Of a DNA stretch of 45,732 nt, positions 1 to 11,652 are shown in pieces. How positions within the stretch are numbered: position 1 is the stretch's first letter; each line of letters begins with the position of its first letter. The notes under the pieces were generated by a model. The model was not told the DNA's origin. It made no database searches and saw only the letters and a list, made by a program, of their open reading frames with translations. Origin of the DNA: Elusimicrobiota bacterium (GTDB lineage Bacteria > CG03 > SLGR01 > JBDRKX01); assembly GCA_043813605.1 (NCBI GenBank), contig JBDRKX010000012.1, forward strand, positions 1 to 45,732, given 5' to 3'. Position numbers and translations under genes: made by a program.

Positions 1-138
1 CCTCCTGTGATTCCTAAATGCAAGGTTTTTTGGGGGTACCTTGCGCTTTCCTTGCACTTATTCCTTATCTACATGTCAATATTATACTTTTTTGTCGTCT
101 ATTATTCTATACCTTTTGCTTTTTTCCAGAGGCCCTAA
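1..138 (-). mobile_element. Left end of an IS5-family-like insertion sequence, reading out of the window
   Basis: Reverse complement of 45496-45633 with one mismatch (43 vs 45591). The right-hand copy continues into a transposase N-terminus. Confidence 0.85.
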
Positions 139-277
139 TTAATATGTACTAATAAGAGTATTGGATAATATGAGAAAAAATTCAAGTATTAGGTCAAAAT
201 TGATTTTTTCAGTTATTTGAGATAAAATCAGATATAAATTGAAAAAGTAATATCCAGGAAAGGAAACAGACTTTTCT

Positions 278-1807
278 TTGCATAAGAATTGCAGTAATAA
301 TAAGTTAAGTATCAGTCCGCGGAAAAAAATAAGCTACAACACTAAGTATGGCGCGGAAGTGTATAGACGCAGTCTGACGATATTGTTTCGGTGCGCGATG
401 TCTGAGCTCTATCCGGAACTGAATGTTCAGATAGGTCAGACTCTTATGAAGGGATATTATTTTGAACTCCCTGCCGACACGAAACCACCTAAGGATTTTA
501 TCCAAAATATTTCCCGCAGGATGAATGAAATTGTTGAGCTGGATGAAAAATTCAGAAGAGTTAGAATGCCAAAGGGAGAAGCCCAAAAACTGTACAACAA
601 TAAAAACAGGGCTGATAAAGTACAGGCAATATCATATCTCAGGAAAAGGACCATTGAGCTTATATTCTTGCGGGATTATTTCGATTATGTACTTGCTGAT
701 TGTGCTGAGAGTACAGGGTATCTGAAGACTTTCAGGATACGCAGATATAAACATGGTTTTGTGTTGCAGTTCCCTGTAAAGGGGAACATACTTCAGCTTC
801 CCAGGAATGCTGATAGGCAGGAGAAACTCTACAGTATCCATAAAGAGGCGAAGGAATGGAACAGGATACTGGGCATAAAAAATGTATCTGATTTAAACAG
901 GCAGATAAAAGACGGTACCATATCGAACCTGATAAAAGTGCAGGAGGCGTTCCACGAAAAGAAAATAGGGCTTATAGCAGACAGGATAAAAGGAGGATTT
1001 CCGCGGAAAAGACTGATATTGGTCGCCGGTCCTTCCGCTTCGGGTAAAACCACTTTTCTAAAGCGTCTCGGTATACAATTAAGGGCCAACGGGCTCGTGC
1101 CTGAAGAGATTTCTCTGGACAATTATTTTATGCCAAGATCAAAAACCCCGAAGACATCTGACGGGGATTGCAATTTTGAATGTCTGGAAGCTCTTGATGT
1201 GAAATACTTCAACAAGCAGATAAAAATACTGATGGAAGGGCGGGAAGTGGAGATACCTAAATTCAGTTTTAAGGCCGGCATAAGGCAGGGAACCGGAGAA
1301 AGAATAAAACTGGATACCAATTCCGTTATACTGGTAGAAGGAATACACGGATTGAACCCGAAATTATCGTGTCAAATAGAGAGGAACAAGAAGTATATGA
1401 TTTTTGTCAGTGCCCTCACGCACCTATGGATAGATAATGATACAAGGATATTTACTTCGGATTCAAGACTGATGAGAAGGATAATACGCGATTATTTCTT
1501 CAGGGGCTATGAGGCTGTTGATACGCTAAAAAGGTTTCCTGAAGTAAGACAGGGAGAAGACAAATATATATTCCCGTTCCAGGATAACGCCGATATATTC
1601 TTTAATTCTTCTGTAATTTACGAACAGGCAGTGATGAAACCTTTTTTGGTCAGAATACTGAAAACAGTTAAAAACACCGGAATAGAGTTTTACGAAGCAT
1701 CAAGACTTCTTCAGTATCTTGATTTTTTTGTTTCAATATCAGACAAAGAAGTACCTCAAACGTCCATTTTAAGGGAATTTATAGGTCACAGCGGGTTTGA
1801 CTACTGA
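278..1807 (+). CDS. Uridine/nucleoside kinase family protein with N-terminal ThrRS/AlaRS-like domain
   Basis: P-loop AGPSASGKTT, ISLDNYF, VEGIHGLN, RRIIRD, C-terminal SILREFIGHSGF. TTG start uncertain. Confidence 0.85.
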   Translation: MHKNCSNNKLSISPRKKISYNTKYGAEVYRRSLTILFRCAMSELYPELNVQIGQTLMKGYYFELPADTKPPKDFIQNISRRMNEIVELDEKFRRVRMPKGEAQKLYNNKNRADKVQAISYLRKRTIELIFLRDYFDYVLADCAESTGYLKTFRIRRYKHGFVLQFPVKGNILQLPRNADRQEKLYSIHKEAKEWNRILGIKNVSDLNRQIKDGTISNLIKVQEAFHEKKIGLIADRIKGGFPRKRLILVAGPSASGKTTFLKRLGIQLRANGLVPEEISLDNYFMPRSKTPKTSDGDCNFECLEALDVKYFNKQIKILMEGREVEIPKFSFKAGIRQGTGERIKLDTNSVILVEGIHGLNPKLSCQIERNKKYMIFVSALTHLWIDNDTRIFTSDSRLMRRIIRDYFFRGYEAVDTLKRFPEVRQGEDKYIFPFQDNADIFFNSSVIYEQAVMKPFLVRILKTVKNTGIEFYEASRLLQYLDFFVSISDKEVPQTSILREFIGHSGFDY

Positions 1808-1808
1808 A

Positions 1809-3206
1809 TTACCAGGCCCCTGTCCGGAGATATTCGTCTATCGAGCGCGCTGCTTTTCTGCCGTCACCCATAGCCAGGATAACAGTCGCTCCTCCGCGGA
1901 CGATATCTCCTCCGGCAAAACATCCTTTTTTTGATGTTCTTCCTGTTTCCGGATCTGCTTCTATATTGCCCCATTTCCCGGTTTTAATATCGGGAGTCGT
2001 CTGCGGGATCAGCGGATTAGGACTTTGCCCGATAGCACAAACAAGTATATCGACATTATTTGTAAAATTTGAACCTTCGAGAGGGACCGGCCTTCTTCTT
2101 CCGGAAGCATCAGGTTCACCGAGCTCCATCTTCAGGCATTCCATCTTGTGGATCCAGCCGCTTTCATCACCCATATACTTTACCGGTAAAGTCAGGAAAT
2201 CAAATATAATACCTTCTTCTTCAGCGTGATGGACCTCTTCTAACCTTGCCGGCAGTTCTTGCTTTGATCTTCGATAGACAATATGCACACTGTCGGCGCC
2301 CAGTCTTAAGGCTGTCCTGGCGCAATCCATAGCTACATTTCCTCCGCCGACAACAGCCACTTTTCTGCCTTTTATAATAGGCGTGTCGTATTCAGGAAAA
2401 AGATAGGCTTTCATCAGGTTGGAGCGTGTCAGGTATTCATTTGCCGAGTATACTCCGTTGAGGTTCTCACCGGGGATATTCATAAACCACGGCAAGCCGG
2501 CACCGGTGCCTATATATACGGCATCATATTCTTCAAGGAGTTGAGCTAAGGTCTCTGTCTTTCCTACGACAAAATCAAGTTTTAATTCTACCCCGCATTT
2601 TACAAGGTAATCAACTTCACGGTAGACTATTTCCTTGGGCAGCCGGAACTCCGGGATCCCGTAGACAAGCACACCGCCGGGTTTATGCAGTGCTTCGAAG
2701 AGAGTTACAGAATGCCCCATTTTAATAAGGTCTCCTGCTACAGTCAATCCTCCAGGCCCCGCGCCTATGACGGCGGTTTTTTTCCCTGTAGGTCTTTCTA
2801 TACGGGGTAATACCGTTTCAGACTGCCGGGCTTCCCAATCTGCTATAAATCTTTCCAGCCTTCCGATTGCAACCGGTTCGAATTTTTTTGAAAGTACGCA
2901 TTCCAGTTCACACTGGTCTTCCTGGGGACAGACACGCCCGCAGATCGCGGGTAGAAGGTTCTTCTCCTTCATCTTTTTAATAGCATTGGGGAAATCACCG
3001 TCGGCAATGAATTTAATGAATCCGGGTATGTCTATTTCTACAGGGCAGCCGCTGATACAGACAGGTTTTTTACACTGAAGGCATCGTTTCGCTTCCTGTA
3101 TAGCTTCATCCTCATTATAGCCAAGCGGGACTTCATTGAAATTCTTTGTTCTTTCTTCCTGCGGCTGTTCCCGCATAGGTGTCTTTTTTTGCTGTATCTT
3201 AGCCAT
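1809..3206 (-). CDS. nfnB: NfnB/SudA large subunit of NADH-dependent ferredoxin:NADP+ oxidoreductase (GltD-like)
   Basis: RCLQCKKPVCISGCP, CGRVCPQEDQCE, GAGPGG, GGGNVAMD, GGDIVRGGATVILAMGDG. Directly downstream of an nfnA-type gene. Confidence 0.9.
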   Translation of the reverse strand: MAKIQQKKTPMREQPQEERTKNFNEVPLGYNEDEAIQEAKRCLQCKKPVCISGCPVEIDIPGFIKFIADGDFPNAIKKMKEKNLLPAICGRVCPQEDQCELECVLSKKFEPVAIGRLERFIADWEARQSETVLPRIERPTGKKTAVIGAGPGGLTVAGDLIKMGHSVTLFEALHKPGGVLVYGIPEFRLPKEIVYREVDYLVKCGVELKLDFVVGKTETLAQLLEEYDAVYIGTGAGLPWFMNIPGENLNGVYSANEYLTRSNLMKAYLFPEYDTPIIKGRKVAVVGGGNVAMDCARTALRLGADSVHIVYRRSKQELPARLEEVHHAEEEGIIFDFLTLPVKYMGDESGWIHKMECLKMELGEPDASGRRRPVPLEGSNFTNNVDILVCAIGQSPNPLIPQTTPDIKTGKWGNIEADPETGRTSKKGCFAGGDIVRGGATVILAMGDGRKAARSIDEYLRTGAW

Positions 3207-3209
3207 AAT

Positions 3210-4037
3210 TCAGCACCCGCATCCTGTATGATGTTTGCCGGTCTTGATAGCTTCTTCTTTCTTATATGCCCGGAGCCTGTGGATCAGCAGTTCAAAGTTG
3301 ACTTCGTTACCGTTAAATTCAGGACCGTCTACGCATGCAAATTTTGTTTTATCGCCAACCTCCACCCTGCAGCATCCGCACATTCCGGTACCGTCTACCA
3401 TAACAGGATTCAGGCTCACTGTAAGCGGAATAGAATGTTCTCGGGTGATCGCGGCGGCTGCCTGCATCATGACCGGCGGCCCTACTGCGAATACAAGGTC
3501 AGGGATATCACCGTCACTGATCATTTTTTTGAGAGGTTCTGTGACAAGGCCTTTTTTTCCGATGGAACCGTCATCGCTCATTAAAATGAATTGATCTGCG
3601 ATCTCGCCGAGTTCATCTTGCATTATGATGTATTTTTCAGACCGTACTCCTTCTATTATCGTGAGTTTGCAGCCGGCGGTCTTTAAAGCCAGGGCTACGG
3701 GTTTCAGCGGGGCCGCTCCTATACCGCCTGCCAGGCAGACTACTTTTCCGTATTGCTCTATTTCCGAAGGCAGGCCGAGAGGACCGATAACGCTTTCAAT
3801 AACATCGCCTTTCTCTAATCCGCACAGTATACCGGTAGAATAGCCGACATCCTGTATTATTATTCTTACGCGGTCAGTATCTGCTTCAACGATGGTAAGC
3901 GGAATGCGTTCGCCCCTTTCTCCATGACGGATGACAAGGAACTGACCGGCTTTAAAATTGCGTGCTATCAGGCGGTTCGTGATCCATATCTCTCTTATGT
4001 CTTCCGCAAGCCAGTCAGCCTTGATTATTTCGTTCAT
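3210..4037 (-). CDS. nfnA: NfnA/SudB small subunit (FAD/NAD-binding, 2Fe-2S)
   Basis: GERIPLTI, GPLG, MVDGTGMCGCCRV, FACVDGPEF. Confidence 0.9.
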   Translation of the reverse strand: MNEIIKADWLAEDIREIWITNRLIARNFKAGQFLVIRHGERGERIPLTIVEADTDRVRIIIQDVGYSTGILCGLEKGDVIESVIGPLGLPSEIEQYGKVVCLAGGIGAAPLKPVALALKTAGCKLTIIEGVRSEKYIIMQDELGEIADQFILMSDDGSIGKKGLVTEPLKKMISDGDIPDLVFAVGPPVMMQAAAAITREHSIPLTVSLNPVMVDGTGMCGCCRVEVGDKTKFACVDGPEFNGNEVNFELLIHRLRAYKKEEAIKTGKHHTGCGC

Positions 4038-4933
4038 GTCCGGTCTTCCGATACAGGCATCTCTGCGGCGGATACGGTATTAGAAAGCAGCATCGTGATC
4101 GTCATGGGGCCGACACCGCCGGGAACAGGCGTAATCGCTTTGGCCTTCTTTTTCACATTATCAAAATCAACGTCTCCGCACAGGCCGTCTGCAGTACTGT
4201 TCTGGCCGACATCTATCACAACAGCTCCTTCTTTTACCATCTCTTCGGTGATTATCCTGGGCCTGCCTATGGCGGCAATCAGGATATCTGCTCTTTGTGT
4301 GATCTCCCCGAGATCTTTTGTCCGTGAGTGGCATATGGTCACGGTAGCGTTTTCGGCCATAAGGAGCATTGACACGGGTTTACCTACAATATTACTTCTC
4401 CCGACGACTACTGCTTCGCTTCCTTCCAGTTTGACGCCTGTGCGCTTCAATAACTGCATGATTCCGTGTGGTGTGCATGGAAGGAATATCCCTTCTTCTT
4501 CTATCTCCCGCATACTCTTTTTACTGTTAAGCCTGCCTATATTAACGGGATGAAATCCGTCAACATCTTTAGAAGGGTCAATAGCCAGTAGGACTTTATT
4601 AGTATTAATAGAGCCGGGCAGGGGGAGCTGTATAAGGATACCGTGTATCCGGGGGTTTTTATTGAGATTTTCTATAAGATCAAGCAGCTCGGTTTCCGGG
4701 GTTTCAGAAGACATTGTATGCTGTTCGGAATAAACCCCGATCTTCTGACAGGCTTTCTGTTTCATGCCGACATAGAGTTTTGATGCGGGGTCATCACCTA
4801 CAAGGATTGTTGCAAGTCCGGGAACTATCCCCTTTTCTTTCAATTCTATGATCTTATCCCTGAGTTGTGCGCGGATCTCTTCTGATATTTTTCTGCCATC
4901 TATAATTTTTTCTCTCACATCTCTCTCCTTCAC
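4034..4933 (-). CDS. folD: Methylene-THF dehydrogenase/cyclohydrolase
   Basis: GILIQLPLP, KDVDGFHP, PCTPHG, GRSNIVGKP, ITPVPGGVGPMT. Confidence 0.97.
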   Translation of the reverse strand: MKERDVREKIIDGRKISEEIRAQLRDKIIELKEKGIVPGLATILVGDDPASKLYVGMKQKACQKIGVYSEQHTMSSETPETELLDLIENLNKNPRIHGILIQLPLPGSINTNKVLLAIDPSKDVDGFHPVNIGRLNSKKSMREIEEEGIFLPCTPHGIMQLLKRTGVKLEGSEAVVVGRSNIVGKPVSMLLMAENATVTICHSRTKDLGEITQRADILIAAIGRPRIITEEMVKEGAVVIDVGQNSTADGLCGDVDFDNVKKKAKAITPVPGGVGPMTITMLLSNTVSAAEMPVSEDRT

Positions 4934-4953
4934 TGCAGTCGATACCGGTATGT

Positions 4954-6153
4954 TTAACTGCCGGTGTATTCTATGTATCTTGCTTTGAGATCGGTATCCC
5001 GTATAGTATCCATCAGATAATCAGTATATTCGGCACCTGTTGCTCCCGTATCTCTGCCGGTAATAACCAGTTTTTTTTCATACTGTCCGCAGATATCCAG
5101 TGCCATATCGAGTTTTCGGGCTTTTTCACTGAGCCCGATATGATTGATTAGCATTGCTGAGGCGCGGATCATACTGCAGGGATCGGCAAACTTTGCTCTG
5201 CCTTCTTTGACCATACGGGGAGCTGATCCGTGGATCGCTTCAAACATGGCATACTGTTTGCCTATATTGGCACTGCCTGCGGTGCCGACTCCTCCCTGGA
5301 ATTGGGCGGCTTCATCCGTAAGAATATCCCCATAGAGATTAGGCAGTACCATGACCTGGAACTGGGTCCTCCTTTCAGGGTCTATAAGTTTGGCTGTCAT
5401 GATATCGATATACCAGTCGTCGCAGTCTATCTCGGGATATTCCCTTGATATATCCTGCGCAATTTCAAGAAATTTGCCGTCAGTAGTCTTTACTACATTT
5501 GCTTTAGTCACAACTGTGACCTTTTTTTTATTGTTCTTGCGGGCATACTCAAAAGCCAGCCTGATGATCCTTTCTGCCCCCTGTGATGTTATGACCTTAA
5601 AATCAATGGCAAGATCATCATTGACGTTTATCCCCCTGCTGCCAAGTACGTAGGCTCCTTCAGTGTTCTCACGGAAGAAGATCCAGTCTATGCCCTCTTG
5701 AGGTATTTTTACAGGTCTTACATTAGCAAACAGGTCAAGCTCTTTACGCATCGCGACATTAGCGCTTTCTATATTAGGCCAGGGATCGCCTTTTCTGGGG
5801 GTAGTTGTCGGGCCTTTCAGGGTAATAGGGCATTTTTTAATTTCTTCAAGTACATCATCAGGGATAGCTTTATTGGCTTTTGCGCGGTTCTCTATGGTCA
5901 ACCCTTCTATTGTCTTGATCTCGATCCTGCCCGTTTTTAGCTCTTCAGCCAGTATGAAACGCAGTATCCTTTCCGCTTGTTCGGCAATAGAGACGCCTAT
6001 CCCGTCTCCGGCAATAATCCCCAGCTTTATAGGATTGAGCACGGAATAGTCTATCCAGTCTTTCTGGCGCTTCATCATCTCGATCCTTTTGAGCTGTTCT
6101 TTAACCAGCTCAGCGAAATGATTTTTTGATTCTTCTATTATTTTTTCTGTCAT
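4954..6153 (-). CDS. Isocitrate/isopropylmalate dehydrogenase family protein
   Basis: GDGIG, KGPTTTP, RENTEG, NLYGDILTD, FEAIHGSAP. Start moved to ATG 6153, which follows GGAGGG. Confidence 0.9.
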   Translation of the reverse strand: MTEKIIEESKNHFAELVKEQLKRIEMMKRQKDWIDYSVLNPIKLGIIAGDGIGVSIAEQAERILRFILAEELKTGRIEIKTIEGLTIENRAKANKAIPDDVLEEIKKCPITLKGPTTTPRKGDPWPNIESANVAMRKELDLFANVRPVKIPQEGIDWIFFRENTEGAYVLGSRGINVNDDLAIDFKVITSQGAERIIRLAFEYARKNNKKKVTVVTKANVVKTTDGKFLEIAQDISREYPEIDCDDWYIDIMTAKLIDPERRTQFQVMVLPNLYGDILTDEAAQFQGGVGTAGSANIGKQYAMFEAIHGSAPRMVKEGRAKFADPCSMIRASAMLINHIGLSEKARKLDMALDICGQYEKKLVITGRDTGATGAEYTDYLMDTIRDTDLKARYIEYTGS

Positions 6154-6300
6154 TTTCCCTCCGGGTTCCGGGTTACCCTGTAATCCGGACAAATAATACA
6201 AAATATGTATTACTCTATAAAAATAACCGCTTTTTTTCAAATACGGAAATTTTTTACCGGTACCTTATACTTGTTTGAGCTGCGATTATAATGGAAAGAA

Positions 6301-6339
6301 GAAGGCAGCGTACAGTAATATAGACTGTACACTGCCTTC
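6301..6339 (-). terminator. Probable intrinsic terminator after gdhA
   Basis: Long stem GAAGGCAG(C/T)GTACAGT...ACTGTAC(A/G)CTGCCTTC just past the stop, followed by TTCTTT on the minus strand. Confidence 0.65.
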
Positions 6340-6353
6340 AAAGGAAACAATAC

Positions 6354-7832
<1,479 letters not shown>

Positions 7833-7860
7833 ATTGAGCGTTATATAAAATTGTCTGCTT

Positions 7861-7889
7861 AAATTAGCAGTTATTTCTGGAAATGTCAA
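7861..7889 (-). promoter_or_regulatory. Sigma70-type promoter of gdhA
   Basis: TTGACA-17 nt-TAATTT with extended TG. Confidence 0.6.
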
Positions 7890-7985
7890 GTGTAACAGGC
7901 AATCTTGATTTATATAAGAAAAAATACTAACCTATTATCATTCTTCTGCCGTGCAAGTGATCGGGCAGATAAAAGGAGAATAGAT

Positions 7986-9140
7986 ATGAGCAGATTTTAT
8001 AATATGGCTTCCGGATCAGCTCTAAAAAACATAAAATTCCTGGTTTTAATCATGTTTCTGGTACATTTATCCGGTTGCGGCGGAAAAAAACAGATAATTA
8101 CCGGTCCTCCCGAAAACGCAGCGGATGCTATCATTGTTACTGCGGAGGGGACAGCTGATATCGGGAATGCCGGTCTTGCTGAAGCGACTGACCGGGCATA
8201 CCTGGATGCACAGCGAAAGGCTATAGAAACAGCTCTGGGGAAGATGTATTCTGCAAAAACGGTAGTAGATGCAGGCAGGTTCATAGAACAGACGATAATG
8301 GCTAAAGCGGAAGGTTATATACGGCAATGGTCGAAACTGGCCGGACCCGAGGTTCAGGATTATCCGGGCATTACCGAAAAGATCGTATGGGTTAAGATAC
8401 AGGCAAGCGTGGGCAAGGATAAGCTTAAAGAAGATACTTTTGCCCTTGAAGAGATACAGAATAAACTGGGCCGTCCGGATGTGGTAGTAGTCATACCGAA
8501 TGCACACGCGGCTAAAGTCATTGAAAGCAAACTGAAGGATAAAAAATTCACAGTGCGGGACCTCCCCGGTTCGGAAAAAGATCCTGTGGCAGCTGCTCAG
8601 GAAGAGGGGATCGAAATAATAATAGACGGAAAAGTAGAGGTTTCCGGAGCCGGACAGATAATGGCCGGTGTCAACATGAAATCATTTCAATCAGACATCA
8701 TAATAAAGGCCGTAAATACGTCCGACGGCGAGGTGTTGGCGCAGTCTTCGGCTCACGGTGCGTATCCCCATATCAATGAAGAGAGCGGTAAAGCCGGTGC
8801 AGTAGAAAGGGCCGCCCAGATAGCAGCAGATGAAATGCTTGAGAAACTGCTGGCCGCATGGGAGGATGTCCTTAATAACGGCAGTAACCTCTATCTTAAA
8901 GTGGAAGGACTTAGCCTTGAAGATGAGAGCGATTTCAGGATGGTACTGAAAAGGAGTATGAGAGGTTTGAAGGAAGTTCATTCTAAGGGACTGGCTGAAG
9001 GCGTGTTTACATACAAACTTATGTATTTGGGAGATGGAAAACAGCTGGCAAAAGAACTCAGTAATATTGAAAGTAAATTCGGTATAGTTGTTACCGGTTA
9101 TCGTGTTAATACGGTAACCGCAAAAGTAAAAGGAGGATAG
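7986..9140 (+). CDS. Lipoprotein with FlgT-N/LipL46-like domain
   Basis: AAGGAG before ATG 7986, lipobox LSGC, motif VTAEG...A...A..DA.RKAIE typical of FlgT-N/LPP20-fold proteins. Confidence 0.65.
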   Translation: MSRFYNMASGSALKNIKFLVLIMFLVHLSGCGGKKQIITGPPENAADAIIVTAEGTADIGNAGLAEATDRAYLDAQRKAIETALGKMYSAKTVVDAGRFIEQTIMAKAEGYIRQWSKLAGPEVQDYPGITEKIVWVKIQASVGKDKLKEDTFALEEIQNKLGRPDVVVVIPNAHAAKVIESKLKDKKFTVRDLPGSEKDPVAAAQEEGIEIIIDGKVEVSGAGQIMAGVNMKSFQSDIIIKAVNTSDGEVLAQSSAHGAYPHINEESGKAGAVERAAQIAADEMLEKLLAAWEDVLNNGSNLYLKVEGLSLEDESDFRMVLKRSMRGLKEVHSKGLAEGVFTYKLMYLGDGKQLAKELSNIESKFGIVVTGYRVNTVTAKVKGG

Positions 9141-9144
9141 AGAG

Positions 9145-9618
9145 ATGAAAAGGTTAGTTCTGCTGGGTATCTGTGTTTCCCTGTCGTTAATGGTTTTCGG
9201 CTGCGGCGGTAAGAATATGGGCGGAGCCATTAAGGGGCAGGAGATTATGACTGAAGGATGGCTCGATGAAAATACTTATCAGGTGATAGCATGGGGAGAG
9301 GCGAGTCCTGATGTGGTTGGTGAGGCACGCTGGAGAAACCAGGCCAAGGAAGGCGCTCAGATGATGGCTGAAAAAAGGATCATAGAGAAATTTAAAGGTT
9401 ATGCACTGGAAGCCAGCGGATATACGGAAGAGGGCGGCAATGTGATGGTCGTGGTAACAAAGGATGTACAGGGTGTCGCGAAAGGCGGTGAAATAGTCAA
9501 GACTACTTTTGATAACAACAACATGGCCTGTGAAATGGTATACAGGGTCACCGGCCGTAACCTTGAAAAAAGAGTGGAAAGAGGATTCCAGGTAGAGGAA
9601 ATCGATCAAAGTCAATAA
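9145..9618 (+). CDS. LPP20/LipL21-like lipoprotein
   Basis: Lipobox VFGC. The segment IIEKFKGYALEASG...VQGVAKGG resembles LipL21/LPP20 proteins (from recall). Confidence 0.6.
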   Translation: MKRLVLLGICVSLSLMVFGCGGKNMGGAIKGQEIMTEGWLDENTYQVIAWGEASPDVVGEARWRNQAKEGAQMMAEKRIIEKFKGYALEASGYTEEGGNVMVVVTKDVQGVAKGGEIVKTTFDNNNMACEMVYRVTGRNLEKRVERGFQVEEIDQSQ

Positions 9619-9798
9619 CAGGGATGCATAATATAGCCGGGTAGCCGCATCACAATATAGATTTAGGGTGCCGGCCGGGATAATACGGGTACAGTAAAAA
9701 AGGGTTCTCTCTATCCTCCCTGTATGCTGGTCTGTATAAAATCTTTCCGATAAAAAGGCCTCTCTGCATGAGAAGAGCGCCGGCATCAAAAAAATAAT

Positions 9799-11598
9799 GT
9801 GATGGATAAAACTTTCTTATCTGATTATTCTTTCTGGTTTGAAACGAACCGGATAGACCCGTATAATTACAAATCTTATTATTTTAAAGATCCGCTTGAA
9901 GTACTTATACTCGATTCAAAAAAAGATATCGAACATTATTTTGACAGAGTAGAAAAATTAACAGAAAAATATTATGTGGCGGGATTTTTCAGTTACGAAC
10001 TCGGGTATGCACTGGAAGATGCGTTTTCCGATACAAAGACCGGGCTATTCCCTCTTGCTCTGTTCTGTGTTTATGATAATCCGACAGTTTTTGATCATAA
10101 AAGGAAAGAGTTTATCTCAGGCTCCTTCTCTTATCCCGTAACATGTGACGGATATACTGTAAAGAACCTCAGGCTGAATATATCAGAGAAAAAATATTTT
10201 GACGATATATGCCGGATAAAAGAACACATTGCTGCAGGAGATATATATCAGGTCAATTACACGATGAAATATAAATTTGATTTTAACGGTGATCCTCTTG
10301 CCCTTTACTGTGACCTGAAGAAAAAACAGCCTGTTGCGTATAATGTTTTTGCCAGGTTTAAAGACAGATACATAATATCTATTTCTCCGGAACTTTTTTT
10401 CTCTGCGGAAAACAGGGGTATAGAAGTGCAGCCGATGAAAGGCACAATGAAACGCGGAAGGTATATGGAAGAAGACGATGAACTTATGGCCCTGCTGGGG
10501 AGCGACTCAAAGAACAGGAGCGAAAACATAATGATAGTCGATCTTTTAAGAAATGATCTTGGCAGGATGTCTTATCCCGGATCGGTAAAAGTCGAAAGCC
10601 TGTTTGATGTCGAAAAATATGAGACACTTTTTCAGATGACGTCGAAGATAAACAGCAGGATCAGGAAAGAGGTGCCTCTTTCAGGATTAGTCAGAAGCCT
10701 GTTTCCGTCGGGTTCTGTAACAGGCGCGCCCAAGATCAGGAGTATGGAGATAATAGAAGAACTGGAGCAGGAAGCCAGGAATATCTATACCGGGTCGATC
10801 GGATTTTTTCAGCCTGGCGGGAAGGCTAAGTTCAATGTAGCTATCAGGACAGTTCTTATACAGGGGAACAATGGTGAAATGGGAGTGGGCGGCGGTATCG
10901 TGCATGAATCAGATCCGGCAGACGAGTTCGCAGAATGCAGGCTTAAGGCAGAGTTTCTTACAAAAAGAACCGATCCGCTGTTTAAACTTATAGAGACTAT
11001 GCTGTATGACGGGGATATCCGTTACCTGGAGCATCATCTTCAGAGACTCGAGAAGAGCGCTGTCTATTTCGGGTTTGATTACAAAGAGAAATATATCAGG
11101 TCGGTTCTGGATAAACTGCTGCCCGGGCCGTCGGCCGGCTCAAAATATAAGATCCGTTTGCTGCTTGACAGGGAAGGGCATGCAGAGGTCACTTCTTTAC
11201 CTGTCGATCAGATCGGCGGCATGTGCCTGAAAACAGGCATTTCCGGAATAAGAACTGACAGTAATGACTCTTTCTATTTTCATAAGACCACTAAAAGAGG
11301 TCTATATGACAGGGAACTTGAACGGGCAAGAGAAAACGGGTTATTCGATGTGATCTTCTTAAATGAAAGAGAGGAAATTACAGAGGGCTGTATCAGTAAC
11401 TTTTTTATAGAAAAAACCGGCTTACTTTATACGTCTCCTGTGAAATGCGGATTACTTGATGGAATAATGCGAAGAACAGTGTTATCTGAAAAAAAAGCCT
11501 TCGAAAGAATCCTGAAAAGAGACGACCTGAATAGAGCAGATGCTTTTTATATTTCTAATTCAATTATCGGCTTCAGGAGAACAGAATTGGTTTTATAA
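9799..11598 (+). CDS. pabB: Fused aminodeoxychorismate synthase component I / ADC lyase (PabB-PabC)
   Basis: SPELFF, PMKGT, ENIMIVDLLRNDLG, GSVTGAPK, then class IV aminotransferase motifs HKTT, TEGCISN, LLDGIMR. Confidence 0.92.
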   Translation: MMDKTFLSDYSFWFETNRIDPYNYKSYYFKDPLEVLILDSKKDIEHYFDRVEKLTEKYYVAGFFSYELGYALEDAFSDTKTGLFPLALFCVYDNPTVFDHKRKEFISGSFSYPVTCDGYTVKNLRLNISEKKYFDDICRIKEHIAAGDIYQVNYTMKYKFDFNGDPLALYCDLKKKQPVAYNVFARFKDRYIISISPELFFSAENRGIEVQPMKGTMKRGRYMEEDDELMALLGSDSKNRSENIMIVDLLRNDLGRMSYPGSVKVESLFDVEKYETLFQMTSKINSRIRKEVPLSGLVRSLFPSGSVTGAPKIRSMEIIEELEQEARNIYTGSIGFFQPGGKAKFNVAIRTVLIQGNNGEMGVGGGIVHESDPADEFAECRLKAEFLTKRTDPLFKLIETMLYDGDIRYLEHHLQRLEKSAVYFGFDYKEKYIRSVLDKLLPGPSAGSKYKIRLLLDREGHAEVTSLPVDQIGGMCLKTGISGIRTDSNDSFYFHKTTKRGLYDRELERARENGLFDVIFLNEREEITEGCISNFFIEKTGLLYTSPVKCGLLDGIMRRTVLSEKKAFERILKRDDLNRADAFYISNSIIGFRRTELVL

Positions 11599-11652
11599 AA
11601 CAGACTTGATATTATAAAGAAAAAATGCTATTAATTATCAGAAAAGGATATT

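Noticed and set aside
174..300. Imperfect AT-rich inverted repeat and possibly shortened N-terminus of the uridine kinase-like gene
   Set aside because: Low-complexity sequence, and no clear upstream coding remnant could be reconstructed.
9620..9798. Possible THF/ZTP riboswitch upstream of pabB
   Set aside because: Only short generic stems (GATGC/GCATC), with no recognisable consensus.
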